From assembly GCA_902806315.1 (NCBI GenBank), contig CADCWD010000055.1:62840-126839 (forward strand): DNA of 64,000 nucleotides. Reading direction: 5' to 3'. Both the position numbers and the translations under genes were made by a program. Every line of letters starts with the position of its first letter. Within the stretch, counting starts at the first letter, position 1. The notes under the pieces were generated by a model. The model was not told the DNA's origin and made no database searches. It was given only the letters and a program-made list of their open reading frames with translations. Shown here piece after piece: positions 26,212-36,907 of this stretch. Source of the stretch: an uncultured Sphingosinicella sp. (GTDB lineage Bacteria; Pseudomonadota; Alphaproteobacteria; Sphingomonadales; Sphingomonadaceae).

Positions 26212-27992
26212 GCGATCTGAGGCTTTGGCCCATCGGCAATTGCCAGGTGAGCGCGCTGGTGGACGGCGAGGCGGGTCTCGTCTGGGGATGCGCGCCGCGG
26301 GTGGACGGCGATCCGCTCTTCTGCTCGCTACTCTCCCCGCGAGGCGAGGATGTAGGCGGGGAGTGGCGGCTTTCGCTCGAGAACCAGGTGAGCGTCGAAC
26401 AGCGCTACCTGCGTAATACGCCCGTGCTTGTGACAACGCTGACGGATGCAAATGGAGGCGTTGCGGAGGTGTTCGACTTCTGCCCGCGCCACGAAAAGTC
26501 CGGCCGCACGTACCGACCCGTCGCCTTTGTCCGCATCGTCAGACCGGTCTCCGGAACGCCGCGCCTGCGCGTATCGCTGAAGCCCGCTACCAATTGGGGC
26601 GCCAAGGCCGCGGAGCATACCAGCGGCAGCAATCATATCCGCTATCTGCTGAAGCCGCAGCCGTTGCGGCTCACGACCGATGCACCGGTCGGGCAGATCC
26701 TGGAGGAGCGATCATTCCGGTTGGAAAGGCCGCTCCACTTCTTCTTCGGGCCCGACGAGCCGTTCAGCGGCAATGTCGGCCACTCATTGGCGGCGATGCT
26801 CCACCAGACGGTGGAGGAATGGCGGCAATGGGTGCGCGGGCTTGCCATACCGCTCGAATGGCAAGGCATTGTCATCCGTGCGGCGATCACCCTGAAGCTC
26901 TGCCAGCATGAGGAGACCGGCGCCATCGTCGCGGCGCTCACCACCTCGATCCCGGAGGCGGCGAATAGCGGCCGCAATTGGGACTATCGCTACTGCTGGA
27001 TCCGCGACGCTTATTACACCGTTCAGGCGCTGAATCGGCTTGGCGCGCTGGACGTGCTCGAAAATTACCTCAGCTACCTGCGCAACATCGTCGACGAGGC
27101 GGAAGGCGGGCAGATCCAGCCGCTTTACTCCGTCTCGGGCGAGCCGAAGCTGGAGGAATGGGTGGCGGAAGGGCTGGCCGGCTATCGCGGCATGGGGCCG
27201 GTTCGCGTCGGCAATGCCGCATACCACCAGATCCAGCACGACGCCTACGGGCAGATCATCCTCTCCAACGCCCAGGCATTTTTCGACCAACGGCTGTTCC
27301 GGACCGCGACCGTGGAGGATTTCCGCGCGCTGGAGCGGGTCGGCGAGCGCGCCTGGGAGATGCACGACCAACCCGACGCGGGGCTCTGGGAATTCCGCAC
27401 CCGCACCAGCGTCCACACCTACAGCTCGGTAATGAGCTGGGCGGCCTGCGACCGGCTCGGCAATGCCGCCGAGGCGCTGGGGCTCGGCGACCGCGCCGAG
27501 CATTGGCGGGATCGCGCGCGGAAGATCCGTGCCCGCATCGAGGAGGTGTCCTGGTACGCGCCCGAGCAGCGGTTCGGCGCGACCTTCGGCGGCGGCGAGC
27601 TCGACGCGAGCCTGCTCCAGCTCGTCGATATGCGCTTCGTCGAGCCGGATGATCCGCGCTTCCGCTCGACCTTCGATGCGGTCGAAAAGGAGTTGCGCAA
27701 GGGCGAGCATATGCTGCGCTACGCGTCGGAAGACGATTTTGGGCTGCCGGAGACGGCGTTCAACTTCTGCACTTTCTGGCTGATCGAGGCGCTCCATCTT
27801 GCCGGACGTGGCGGCGAGGCCCGCGAGCTTTACGAGCGGATGCTGGAACGGCTGACACCGGCCGGCCTGCTTTCGGAGGATACGGACTTCCAGACGGGTG
27901 AGCTCTGGGGAAATTATCCGCAGACCTACTCGCTGGTGGGCCTGATCAACTGCGCCATGTTATTGTCCAGGCCGTGGAGCGCCGTGCGATGA
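26208..27992 (+). CDS. glycoside hydrolase family 15 (glucoamylase/trehalase-like)
   Basis: ATG 26208 overlaps the otsB stop (ATGA). NWDYRYCWIRDAYYTV and the (alpha/alpha)6-type C-terminal half are typical of GH15. Confidence 0.88.
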   Translation: MSDLRLWPIGNCQVSALVDGEAGLVWGCAPRVDGDPLFCSLLSPRGEDVGGEWRLSLENQVSVEQRYLRNTPVLVTTLTDANGGVAEVFDFCPRHEKSGRTYRPVAFVRIVRPVSGTPRLRVSLKPATNWGAKAAEHTSGSNHIRYLLKPQPLRLTTDAPVGQILEERSFRLERPLHFFFGPDEPFSGNVGHSLAAMLHQTVEEWRQWVRGLAIPLEWQGIVIRAAITLKLCQHEETGAIVAALTTSIPEAANSGRNWDYRYCWIRDAYYTVQALNRLGALDVLENYLSYLRNIVDEAEGGQIQPLYSVSGEPKLEEWVAEGLAGYRGMGPVRVGNAAYHQIQHDAYGQIILSNAQAFFDQRLFRTATVEDFRALERVGERAWEMHDQPDAGLWEFRTRTSVHTYSSVMSWAACDRLGNAAEALGLGDRAEHWRDRARKIRARIEEVSWYAPEQRFGATFGGGELDASLLQLVDMRFVEPDDPRFRSTFDAVEKELRKGEHMLRYASEDDFGLPETAFNFCTFWLIEALHLAGRGGEARELYERMLERLTPAGLLSEDTDFQTGELWGNYPQTYSLVGLINCAMLLSRPWSAVR

Positions 27993-29404
27993 GCCGCCTG
28001 ATCGTCATATCCAACCGCGTCGCAGCGCCCCGGCCGCAAGGAGAAGGGGGCGCGCAGGGCGGCCTCGCCGTCGCGCTCTCGGCCGCGCTTCGGGAATATC
28101 GCGGCTTCTGGTTCGGCTGGTCGGGAAACAAGACCGACGAGTTCACCGGCCATATCGACTTCCAGCGCCACGAGGGCGTCACGTCCGCAACGATCGACCT
28201 CGAAGAGCAGGACGTCGATGAATATTATAACGGCTACGCCAATCGCACGCTGTGGCCGCTCTTCCACTATCGCATAGACCTCGCCGAATATGATCGCTCG
28301 TTCGCCGGCGGTTACGAGCGCGTGAACGAGCGTTTCGCTGACACGGTCTCGCCGCTCATTGAGCCGGACGATCTCGTCTGGGTTCATGATTACCATCTGA
28401 TCCCGCTCGGCGCTCAGCTCCGCGAGCGCGGGCTCAAGAACAGGATCGGCTTCTTCCTCCACATCCCGTTCCCACCCTCGCGCCTGATGGTGTCGCTGCC
28501 CTTTCACGAGGGACTGGTGCTGTCGCTGCTGGCTTATGACGTGATCGGTTTCCAGACCGAGGAATGGCTGGAAAGCTTCCGTCACTATATCAGCCGCGAG
28601 CTTGGCGGCCATTGCGAGCCGGACGGGACGATCCATGTCGGCGACCGCTCCGTCCACGCCGCCGCTTATCCGATCGGCATCGACTATGCCGAGTTCAGCG
28701 CGGCGGCGCGAAGCGAGGGGGCCAAGTGCGCCTGCGAGCGGCTGACGGCAAGCGCGGCCGGCAAGCACGTCATCATCGGGGTCGACCGGCTCGATTATTC
28801 GAAAGGCTTGGAGGAACGTTTCCTCGGCTATCGCCGCTTCCTGGAGGAGCATGAGGAATGCCAGGGGAAGCTCTTCCTCCTCCAGATCGCGCCGCCGTCG
28901 CGCGGCGAGGTCCACACTTACGAGATCATCCGGGAGGATCTGGACGAGCTCAGCGGCCGCATTAACGGCGAGTTCGCTGAAGTGGACTGGGTGCCGATCC
29001 GATACGTCAACCAGGGCTATGACCGGGAGGACCTGGCCGGCTTCTATCGCGCCGCCGGGATAGCGCTGATCACGCCGCTCCGCGACGGCATGAACCTCGT
29101 CGCCAAGGAATATGTTGCGGCGCAAGATCCTGAGAATCCCGGCGTGCTGATCCTCTCCCGCTTCGCCGGCGCGGCGCTTCAGCTCAAGGACGCGTTGCTA
29201 GTCAATCCCTACAGCAAGGAGGAGATCAGCGACGCAATTATGAAGGCTTTGAGCATGCCCAAAGAGGAACGCGTCCGCCGGTGGCAGGCCATGCACGAGA
29301 GCGTGCAGAATGAGGACGTGGTCTGGTGGCGCCGCAGCTTCGTCAGCGCCCTTAGGGGGCAGAAGGGTGAGAGCGGAACCGGGCGGGTCGAGCAGCGGTT
29401 CTAA
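27989..29404 (+). CDS. otsA: alpha,alpha-trehalose-phosphate synthase (UDP-forming)
   Basis: ATG 27989 overlaps the GH15 stop (ATGA). MSRLIVISNRV, WVHDYHLIPL, VDRLDYSKG and TPLRDGMNLVAKEY. Confidence 0.95.
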   Translation: MSRLIVISNRVAAPRPQGEGGAQGGLAVALSAALREYRGFWFGWSGNKTDEFTGHIDFQRHEGVTSATIDLEEQDVDEYYNGYANRTLWPLFHYRIDLAEYDRSFAGGYERVNERFADTVSPLIEPDDLVWVHDYHLIPLGAQLRERGLKNRIGFFLHIPFPPSRLMVSLPFHEGLVLSLLAYDVIGFQTEEWLESFRHYISRELGGHCEPDGTIHVGDRSVHAAAYPIGIDYAEFSAAARSEGAKCACERLTASAAGKHVIIGVDRLDYSKGLEERFLGYRRFLEEHEECQGKLFLLQIAPPSRGEVHTYEIIREDLDELSGRINGEFAEVDWVPIRYVNQGYDREDLAGFYRAAGIALITPLRDGMNLVAKEYVAAQDPENPGVLILSRFAGAALQLKDALLVNPYSKEEISDAIMKALSMPKEERVRRWQAMHESVQNEDVVWWRRSFVSALRGQKGESGTGRVEQRF

Positions 29405-29432
29405 GCGCCGGAACGACAACCGGAGACGATCC

Positions 29433-29621
29433 ATGCCTGCAAAATCGGGAGCCCAGCAGAAGGCGGCCGGCGCCGCTCTCTCCGCCAAGCGCGGAGATAC
29501 GCCCAAGACCAAGCTCAAGGGTGCGTCGAAATCAATGGCGGAGTCGATGAGCGAGAAGCAGCTCGAGGAACTCGCCCACACGAAGCGCAAGGGCAAGCCG
29601 GAGCACGCGGCCAAGAAGTAG
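29433..29621 (+). CDS. DUF3008-like small basic protein
   Basis: In frame within ORF 29310..29621. ATG 29433 lies 29 nt after the otsA stop and is preceded by ggaga. Product: MPAKSGAQQKAAGAALSAKRGD...KRKGKPEHAAKK. Confidence 0.65.
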   Translation: MPAKSGAQQKAAGAALSAKRGDTPKTKLKGASKSMAESMSEKQLEELAHTKRKGKPEHAAKK

Positions 29622-29624
29622 CCG

Positions 29625-31454
29625 CTAGATCAGGGCGTTGATGATCATTGTCGCGGCTTCCTCCGGGCTCATCGAATTGGTGTCGATGCGGATGTCCGGG
29701 TGCTCAGGAGGCTCGTAGGGGCTGTCGATCCCGGTGAAGTTTGTGAGTTCGCCGCTCCGCGCCCTTGCATAGAGCCCTTTCGGGTCGCGCTGCTCGGCGA
29801 CATCGAGCGGCGTATCGACGAAGATCTCGGCGAACTCGCCTGGCGGGAAGATGCGGCGAACCATCTCGCGCTCTGCTCGAAACGGGGAGATGAGCGCGGC
29901 CAGGACGATCAGGCCGGCGTCGGTCATCAGCTTGGCGGCCTCGGCGACACGGCGGACATTCTCGACCCGGTCGGCGTCGGTGAAGCCGAGATTCTTGGAA
30001 AGGCCGTGTCGGATATTGTCTCCGTCGAGCACGAAGCTGTGCTTGCCCATCGCGTGGAGCTTGCGATCCACGAGGTTGGCGATGGTGCTCTTGCCAGCGC
30101 CAGAGAGCCCGGTGAACCAGAGCAGCTTCGGCCGCTGGTTCTTGGCGGCTGCGCGCGCTTCGCGCGTGACGTCGATCGTCTGCCACTGGACATTCTCGGC
30201 GCGGCGGAGCGCATGATGGATCAGCCCCGCTCCGAGCGTCGCCTCGGTGTCGCGGTCGATCAGGATGAAGGCGCCCAGCTCGCGACTCTCCTCATAGGAG
30301 GTGAAGGGCAGCGCTCGATCCAGGGCGATGTTGACGGTGCCGATCGCGTTTAGCTCGAGCGTGCGCGCTGCCAGCTTCTCCAGCGTTTCGACGTTCGTCT
30401 CCGACTTGATCTCGGTCACCCAGGCGCCGACCGTGCTGGCGGCAAGCTTGAGGCGGTAGGATCGGCCCGGCAGCAATGGCTGCTCGGCCATCCAGACGAG
30501 CGTTGCTTCGAACTGATCCGCGATCTGCAGCGGCGCATTGGGCGCGGCGAGCACATCGCCGCGGGAGCAATCCACTTCGCGATCGAAGGTGAGTGCGACC
30601 GACTGTCCCGCCACGGCTCGATCGAGATCGCGGTCCATGGTGACGATACGCGCCGCGCTCGCGGTCCGGCGCGACGGAAAAAGGCGGAGCGCGTCCCCGA
30701 GGGAGACGCTGCCGCTCGCGATGGTACCGGCATAGCCGCGAAAGTCGGCACCCACGCGGCTCACCCACTGGACGGGCATGATGAAGGGCTGACCTTCCGC
30801 CGCCTCCTCGCGCGCCGGGACTTGCTCTAGATATTGGAGCAGCGTCGGCCCTGAATACCAAGGGGCGGCTCCACCCGGCTTTGCGACGTTCAGGCCCGTC
30901 GCAGCCGAAAGCGGGATGGCCTGAACTGTGAGGCCGAGGCTTCCAGCGATCGTGGCATATGCGCCGGCAATCCGGTCGAAAACGGACTGGTCGACACCGA
31001 CAAGGTCCATCTTGTTGACCGCCAACGCAACGTTCCTGATGCCGAGCAGGCGCAGCAGATAGCTGTGCCGCAGTGTCTGGGTGAGAAGGCCCTTACGCGC
31101 ATCGACGAGAAGCACCGCTGCGTCGGCGCGCGAGGCTCCGGTCACCATGTTGCGCGTATATTGCTCGTGCCCCGGCGTGTCGGCGACGATGAACTTGCGG
31201 CGCTCGGTCTCGAAATAGCGCCAGGCGACATCGATCGTGATGCCTTGCTCCCGCTCCGCCGCCAGTCCGTCGAGAAGGAGGGCGTAATCGATCTCGCCAT
31301 CGCGGCTGCTCGCGCGAAGGGTCGCGAGCTGGTCTTCGGGAATCTTGCCTGTCTCGAATAGCAGTCGGCCGAGCAGGGTCGACTTGCCATCGTCGACGGA
31401 GCCGCAGGTGACGAAGCGCAGCAGGGATTTCGGCGCGCCGCCTTGATCGGGCAT
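29625..31454 (-). CDS. cysNC: bifunctional sulfate adenylyltransferase subunit 1 / adenylylsulfate kinase
   Basis: ORF 29625..31454. GTPase G1 motif GSVDDGKSTLLGRLL and DTPGHEQY. APS kinase P-loop FTGLSGAGKSTIA in the C-terminal third. Confidence 0.95.
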   Translation of the reverse strand: MPDQGGAPKSLLRFVTCGSVDDGKSTLLGRLLFETGKIPEDQLATLRASSRDGEIDYALLLDGLAAEREQGITIDVAWRYFETERRKFIVADTPGHEQYTRNMVTGASRADAAVLLVDARKGLLTQTLRHSYLLRLLGIRNVALAVNKMDLVGVDQSVFDRIAGAYATIAGSLGLTVQAIPLSAATGLNVAKPGGAAPWYSGPTLLQYLEQVPAREEAAEGQPFIMPVQWVSRVGADFRGYAGTIASGSVSLGDALRLFPSRRTASAARIVTMDRDLDRAVAGQSVALTFDREVDCSRGDVLAAPNAPLQIADQFEATLVWMAEQPLLPGRSYRLKLAASTVGAWVTEIKSETNVETLEKLAARTLELNAIGTVNIALDRALPFTSYEESRELGAFILIDRDTEATLGAGLIHHALRRAENVQWQTIDVTREARAAAKNQRPKLLWFTGLSGAGKSTIANLVDRKLHAMGKHSFVLDGDNIRHGLSKNLGFTDADRVENVRRVAEAAKLMTDAGLIVLAALISPFRAEREMVRRIFPPGEFAEIFVDTPLDVAEQRDPKGLYARARSGELTNFTGIDSPYEPPEHPDIRIDTNSMSPEEAATMIINALI

Positions 31455-32365
31455 CAGAAATATCCCGACTGCTTCTTCATCTCCATGCTCGCGGAGGGCT
31501 CGCGGTCGATCAGGCGCGCCTGGCGCTCGGAGAAGGAGGAGGCGGTGAGTTCGTTGATGATGTCGGCGACGGACGAGGCGCAGCTCTCGATCGCGCCGCT
31601 CAGCGGATAGCAGCCGAGGGTGCGGAAGCGCACGACACGCTCCACCGGCGTCTCGCCCTCGGCCAGGCGAAACCGGTCATCGTCGACCATCAGGATCGCG
31701 CCGTCGCGTTCGACGGTTGGGCGGGGTGCCGCGAAGTAGAGCGGCACCACCGGCAAGGCGTGCACCTCGATGTAGCGCCAGACATCGAGTTCGGTCCAAT
31801 CGGACAGGGGAAACACCCTCAAGGTCTCGCCGTTCGCGACGCGCATATTGTAGAGCCGCCAGAGCTCGGGCCGCTGGCTCTTCGGGTCCCAGCGATGCGT
31901 GGCCGAGCGCACGGAGACGACGCGTTCCTTGGCGCGGCTCGCTTCTTCGTCACGCCGGGCGCCGCCGAAAGCGGCCGTGAAGCCGTGCTTCGTCAGCGCC
32001 TGCTTGAGCCCGTCCGTTTTCCACAGCTCTGTATGCGCGGGGCCATGATCGAACGGATTGACTCCCTGCGCCTCCGCTTCGGGGTTGCGGTGCACGATCA
32101 GCTCCATCCCCGCTGCCGCGGCCATGTGGTCGCGATGGTCGTACATGTCCCGGAACTTCCAGGTCGTGTCGACGTGGAGGAGCGGGAAGGGCGGCGGCGC
32201 GGGGTAGAAGGCCTTGCGCGCCAGGTGAAGCATCACGGCGCTGTCCTTGCCGGCCGAATAGAGCATCACCGGGCGCTGCGTTTCAGCGACCGTTTCACGA
32301 ATGATGTGAATGCTCTCCGCCTCGAGCTGCTCAAGGTGGGTGAGCCCGTGGGCGGCCCGGCCCAC
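31454..32365 (-). CDS. cysD: sulfate adenylyltransferase subunit 2
   Basis: ORF 31454..32365 with a GTG start. [17 protein letters not shown] and [15 protein letters not shown] (PP-loop). The stop overlaps the cysNC ATG. Confidence 0.95.
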   Translation of the reverse strand: MGRAAHGLTHLEQLEAESIHIIRETVAETQRPVMLYSAGKDSAVMLHLARKAFYPAPPPFPLLHVDTTWKFRDMYDHRDHMAAAAGMELIVHRNPEAEAQGVNPFDHGPAHTELWKTDGLKQALTKHGFTAAFGGARRDEEASRAKERVVSVRSATHRWDPKSQRPELWRLYNMRVANGETLRVFPLSDWTELDVWRYIEVHALPVVPLYFAAPRPTVERDGAILMVDDDRFRLAEGETPVERVVRFRTLGCYPLSGAIESCASSVADIINELTASSFSERQARLIDREPSASMEMKKQSGYF

Positions 32366-32367
32366 CT

Positions 32368-35235
32368 TTATTTCTGCAGCCTGGTGAGCTCGTCCTTGAT
32401 CATCACCGGCGCACCAAAGCCGAGTGCTTCCAGCCGCTTCGCCTGGGTGGCGGCGTCGCCGACCACCACGTACGTCATCGCCGTGGGCTTGAGGTAGCGG
32501 CTGGCCAGCGCCTTCACCTGGCCGACGCTCATTGCGTCCACGATCGCCTGCTCGCGCTGTGGATAGTCGAGCGGAAGGCCATAATCGCTGATGTTGGCGA
32601 GGTAGCGCAGCTTGGCGTCCATCGTTTCAAAGGAACGCGAGCGGCTCTTGGTGAGATAGCTTCTGGTCACCTCCAGGTCCGCCGAAGTGTAAGTGGTCGC
32701 GAGATCGCCGACGATCTTCTTGGTGAGCTGGGCCGCCTCAAGCGTGACGTTGGCGCGCACGCCGCTGCCGATCTGGAAGGTGCCGTAGCGCTCGCCGCCG
32801 GCGAAGCCAGAGTTGATGCCGTAGGTGTATCCCTTACCCTCGCGCAGTTCCTGCATCAGCCGGGAGGCGAAGCCGCCGCCGCCAAGGATGTAGTTCATCA
32901 CCGAGGCAGGGTAGTAATTCTCGTCCGCCCGGCGAAGCGCCGGATAGCCAAAAGCGAAGACCGACTGCTTGGCGCCGGGCACGTCGTAGAAGAGCACCTT
33001 CGATGCGGCGGGCGACTGCGGGGCCGGGTAGCTCGGTATCGAGATCTGCCGGCGTTGCCACCTGCTGCCGAGATCCTGGAGCGCGGTCTGGACGCGGGCC
33101 TGAGGCACTGCGCCGACGACCCGGAAGCTGGCAAGGTTGGGTGCCAGATTGGCGGCATGGAAGCGCTTGAGGTCCTCCATCTTCATCGCGGCGACCGAGC
33201 TTTCGCTGCCCTGGGGATTGCGCGAGTAGATGTGCTTGTCGCCGAAGGTTGCGAGCTCAAAGGCACGCTCGGCAATCGCATTGGGCTCCACTTTCGCGCT
33301 CTGGATGTCGCTGAGCGTCCCCGCCTTCTGGATGGCGAGCTCCTCGCTGTCCCAGCGCGGCTCCAGCAGCATCTCCTCGACAAGATCGAGCGTCTTCTCG
33401 AAATTGCGGGCGAGAGTGCGGCCGGAAATGACGAAATGCTCGTCGCGCGCCTCCACGGCAATGTCCGCGCCGAGCGTCTTCAGCGCATCCTCCAGCTCGG
33501 CGGGAGTGCGGCGGGCGGTGCCGCGCGTGAACATGCGGGCGAGCAGGCTCGCAGTGCCGGGCTTGTCCAGGGTGTCGAGGAGGCGTCCGCCCTTCATCGC
33601 CAGCTCGAAGCGTGCGAGCGGCAGCTCATTGTCCTGGATGCCGAGCGCCTTGAGGCCGTTCGGAAGCTGGGACTGCCACACGGCCGGAAGCGCGACGGCG
33701 GGCCGGGCGCCGTACGGCGGCTCGACGGTGCGGTCGAAGCTCGAGGCCGTGCGCGCGTAGCTGGCTGTGGCGCTCGCATCCACCGTGGCTTCGGCGCCCT
33801 GCACGATCGGTTCCTCGACCACGGTGGCGCGGGTGGCGCCGGCCAGTGCCAATTCGACTTTACCTTTGGGCACGAAACTCGCGGCGACGAACGGCTTGCC
33901 TTTGAAATAGCGGTCGTAGACCCGCATCACGTCTGCGGGCGTGACGGCGCGGATCGCGGCAACGTCACGGTCCGCATAGGCCGGATCGTCGGTGTAGAGA
34001 TCGTAGCGGGCGAGGCGGCGGACCTTGCCTAGCACGCTGCCGATCTGATCGTAGACGGCGACTTCCTGCCGCGTCTTCACTCGCTCCAGCGCGGCGGGAT
34101 CGACGCCCTCGCGCTCGAAACGGGCGAAGCCTTCGTCGAGCGCCGACTTCACCGTGTCGAGATCGATCCCGTCGAACGCACGGACCTGCAGCCACAATTC
34201 GCCCGCGATCTTTCCCGCATCCTGGCTTGCGGAGACGTCGCTCGTGACCTTCTTCTCGTCGATGAGGACGGCGTTGAGCGGCGCCTTCTTGCCGTCGGTG
34301 AGAAGGTCCGCCAGCGCTTCGAGCGCGGCATAGTCCGCGTGCAAGGCGGGCACAGTCGGCCAGACCATGGTCAGCTGCGGAAGCTCGGCGAAATTGTCCT
34401 CGTGGTAGAGCGACTTGGTGGCGGCGAGACCTGCGGCCTTCACAGGTGCAGCGTCCACTTTGGTGCTCGCCGGGATTTCGGCAAAGTATTTCTCGACCCA
34501 CTTGCGCGCCTGGGCGGGATCGAAGTCTCCGGCGATCACCAGCGAGACGTTGCTGGGCACATACCAGCGCCGGTAGAAACCGCGCACGTCATCCAGCTTC
34601 GCGGCGTCGAGGTCCGCGAGCGAGCCGATCACCGTCCAGCTATAGGGGTGGCTCGCCGGGTAAAGGTTTTCGGCGATCACCGTCTCGGTATGGCCGTAGG
34701 GCTGGTTGTCGTAGGATTGGCGCTTCTCGTTCTTGACGACCTGTTTTTCCTTGGCGAGCACCGGCTCCGTCACCGTGTTGATGAAGTAGCCGAGCTTGTC
34801 GGCCTCGGCCCAGATCATCTTCTCCAGCGCGTCCTTGGGCACGGTTTGAAGGTAATCGGTGATGTCGCGGCTGGTGGAGCCGTTCGCGCCAGAGCCGCCG
34901 ATGCGCGCGCTCAGCTTATCGAGGCCGCCTTTCCCCAGATTCTCGGATTCCAGGAAGAAGAGGTGCTCGAACAGGTGCGCGAAGCCGGTGCGGCCGGGCT
35001 CCTCGCGGCCGGAGCCGACATGGGCGTTGAGCGAAACCGCGACCACCGGATCGGAGCGGTCGACGTGCATGATGACCTTGAGGCCGTTCCGCAGAGTGAA
35101 CTGCTCGACGGGGAGGAGGCTCTGGGTTCGAGTCTGCGCGGGGGCGGGCGCCTGGGCCGCAGACGCCGCCTGCGGCGCCAGCATGAGCGCAGCGACAGAT
35201 GCCGAAACAGCTAACTTATTCAGAGTCATAGTCAT
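32368..35235 (-). CDS. M16 family (pitrilysin/PqqL-like) zinc peptidase, secreted, two-unit
   Basis: ORF 32368..35235. Signal peptide, then the inverted zinc motif [11 protein letters not shown] (HxxEH). At 955 aa, the size fits a tandem M16 active plus inactive unit. Confidence 0.9.
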   Translation of the reverse strand: MTMTLNKLAVSASVAALMLAPQAASAAQAPAPAQTRTQSLLPVEQFTLRNGLKVIMHVDRSDPVVAVSLNAHVGSGREEPGRTGFAHLFEHLFFLESENLGKGGLDKLSARIGGSGANGSTSRDITDYLQTVPKDALEKMIWAEADKLGYFINTVTEPVLAKEKQVVKNEKRQSYDNQPYGHTETVIAENLYPASHPYSWTVIGSLADLDAAKLDDVRGFYRRWYVPSNVSLVIAGDFDPAQARKWVEKYFAEIPASTKVDAAPVKAAGLAATKSLYHEDNFAELPQLTMVWPTVPALHADYAALEALADLLTDGKKAPLNAVLIDEKKVTSDVSASQDAGKIAGELWLQVRAFDGIDLDTVKSALDEGFARFEREGVDPAALERVKTRQEVAVYDQIGSVLGKVRRLARYDLYTDDPAYADRDVAAIRAVTPADVMRVYDRYFKGKPFVAASFVPKGKVELALAGATRATVVEEPIVQGAEATVDASATASYARTASSFDRTVEPPYGARPAVALPAVWQSQLPNGLKALGIQDNELPLARFELAMKGGRLLDTLDKPGTASLLARMFTRGTARRTPAELEDALKTLGADIAVEARDEHFVISGRTLARNFEKTLDLVEEMLLEPRWDSEELAIQKAGTLSDIQSAKVEPNAIAERAFELATFGDKHIYSRNPQGSESSVAAMKMEDLKRFHAANLAPNLASFRVVGAVPQARVQTALQDLGSRWQRRQISIPSYPAPQSPAASKVLFYDVPGAKQSVFAFGYPALRRADENYYPASVMNYILGGGGFASRLMQELREGKGYTYGINSGFAGGERYGTFQIGSGVRANVTLEAAQLTKKIVGDLATTYTSADLEVTRSYLTKSRSRSFETMDAKLRYLANISDYGLPLDYPQREQAIVDAMSVGQVKALASRYLKPTAMTYVVVGDAATQAKRLEALGFGAPVMIKDELTRLQK

Positions 35236-35294
35236 GGTCCCACCCGGATGGATCGTGTGACATTAACGAAGGATGGTCCGGGCCGCCAGCGCGG

Positions 35295-36515
35295 CTAGAG
35301 CTCCGCCAAGGCGTCCAGGAGCGTGTCGACTTCGTCTGCCGTGCTGTATTGGCAGAAGCCGACGCGGAGCAGGCCGCCCGACGCATCGAGGCCCAAGCGG
35401 GTAATCGCTTCCTGTGCGTAGAAATTGCCGGACCATGCGAAGATGTTGCGCTCGGCGAGGCGCTCCGCCGCTTGGCGGGCGGCCATGCCGTCGATCGTGA
35501 AGGAAAAGGTGGGCACTCGGCCCTCGACTTCGTTCGGGCCGTAGAGCTTCAGCCGCTGCAGCTTGGCGAGGCCGGCGAGGAACCGGGCGCCGAGCTCACG
35601 CTCATGCTCCGCTACTCGGTCCATCGCGCTGACGATGCGCTCGCGCCGGGTGGCGCCCTCGCCGAGACTGGAGATATGTTCGGCCGCACCGAGGGTCCCG
35701 GCCATGCCTTCGTAGGAGGGCGTGCCGGTCTCGAAACGCACGGCGGCGGGGAGGGTAGGCGAGGGGCGGAGCTTGTAGGCCTCGATCTCGCCCATCAATT
35801 CGGCGCGGCCCCAGAGCACGCCCTGGTGCGGGCCGAAGAACTTATAGGGCGAGCAGGCGAGAAAGTCGCAGCCGAGCGCGCGCACGTCGGTGACGATGTG
35901 CGGCACCGACTGGACCGCGTCGACGAAGACCAGCGCGTCCGATTTGGCGCGGACGATCCGCACCGCTTGCTCGACATCGTTGATGGTGCCGAGCGCGTTG
36001 CTGGCGCCGCCGAGCGCGACCAGGCGCGTGCGGGCGTTGAGGAGGGAGGGGAGCTCTTCCAACCTGAGGCGACCGGTCTCCGGATCGAAATCGAGCCAGC
36101 GCACCTCCATCCCAACGTCGCGGGCGAGCAGCAGCCAGGGCGCGACGTTGGCGTCATGGTCGAGGCGGGTGACGACGAGCTCGTCGCCCGCTTGGAAGCG
36201 GCGGCCAAGCGCTCGAGACAGGCCGAGCGTCAGGGTTGTCATGTTCTGGCCGAAGGCAATCTCCGACGAATGGCCACCGAGCAGGTCGGCCATCGCTTCG
36301 TGGGATTCCTCGGCAAGAGCATCGGTGGCGACCGCGGTCGCAAAGGCGCCGCCCGAATTGGCAGTGCCGCCCTCGAGATGCCGCACCATGCCCTGGATCG
36401 CGCGGCGGCAGACCTGCGTGCCCCCCGGCGCGTCGAAATAGATGCGAGGGCGGCCGCCCTCGGTGACGGAAAGGGCGGGGAACTCCGCGCGGATCGAAGC
36501 GAGGTCGAGGCTCAA
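35295..36515 (-). CDS. class V aminotransferase, cysteine desulfurase-like
   Basis: ORF 35295..36515. VDAVQSVPH and the PLP-lysine context ACSPYKFFGPHQG. Confidence 0.85.
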   Translation of the reverse strand: MSLDLASIRAEFPALSVTEGGRPRIYFDAPGGTQVCRRAIQGMVRHLEGGTANSGGAFATAVATDALAEESHEAMADLLGGHSSEIAFGQNMTTLTLGLSRALGRRFQAGDELVVTRLDHDANVAPWLLLARDVGMEVRWLDFDPETGRLRLEELPSLLNARTRLVALGGASNALGTINDVEQAVRIVRAKSDALVFVDAVQSVPHIVTDVRALGCDFLACSPYKFFGPHQGVLWGRAELMGEIEAYKLRPSPTLPAAVRFETGTPSYEGMAGTLGAAEHISSLGEGATRRERIVSAMDRVAEHERELGARFLAGLAKLQRLKLYGPNEVEGRVPTFSFTIDGMAARQAAERLAERNIFAWSGNFYAQEAITRLGLDASGGLLRVGFCQYSTADEVDTLLDALAEL

Positions 36516-36814
36516 GCGGCGGACTCGCCTCCAGAGGCTTCCGCGGCTGTTTCGTCCGGCGCGCCGTCCTCCGCGGCAAGATCCTGGTAGTACGGCTCGA
36601 CGGAGCCGCTCAGCTTGATCGTCATCGGCTGGCCGTAACGGTCGAGGCTCTTGCCGGCGGCAACGCGGATCCAGCCCTCGCTGACGCTATATTCCTCGAC
36701 GTTCGTCTTCTCCTGCCCTTTGAAGCGAATGCCGACGCCGCGGCGGAGTAGGTCCGCATTGAAGTGCGGGCTGCGCGGGTTGAGCGAAAGGCGGTCGGGA
36801 GGAGTGTCGGTCAT
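36512..36814 (-). CDS. DUF3297-like protein
   Basis: ORF 36512..36814 with a 4-nt overlap on the downstream aminotransferase gene. PDRLSLNPRSPHF...IRFKGQEKTNVEEYSVSEGWIRV matches my memory of DUF3297. Confidence 0.65.
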   Translation of the reverse strand: MTDTPPDRLSLNPRSPHFNADLLRRGVGIRFKGQEKTNVEEYSVSEGWIRVAAGKSLDRYGQPMTIKLSGSVEPYYQDLAAEDGAPDETAAEASGGESAA

Positions 36815-36855
36815 GGCGGGCCTTTGCAGTTGTGATGCGGCCCGTTACCTCACCT

Positions 36856-36883
36856 CGTCACCCCCGCGAAAGCGGGAATGACG
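36856..36883. repeat. cccgc-gaaa-gcggg hairpin nested in a cgtca/tgacg stem (REP-like or terminator)
   Basis: The inverted repeats were read directly from the sequence. The hairpin lies in the spacer between the small HTH gene and the DUF3297 gene. Confidence 0.4.
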
Positions 36884-36907
36884 GCCTGTGATGTTCCTGT
36901 GAGACGT

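Noticed and set aside
29375-29399. GGAAC-N16-CGGT inside the 3' end of otsA as an internal stress promoter for the DUF3008 mini-gene.
   Set aside because: The -10 element is off consensus and the site lies within coding sequence. Co-transcription with otsA is the simpler explanation.
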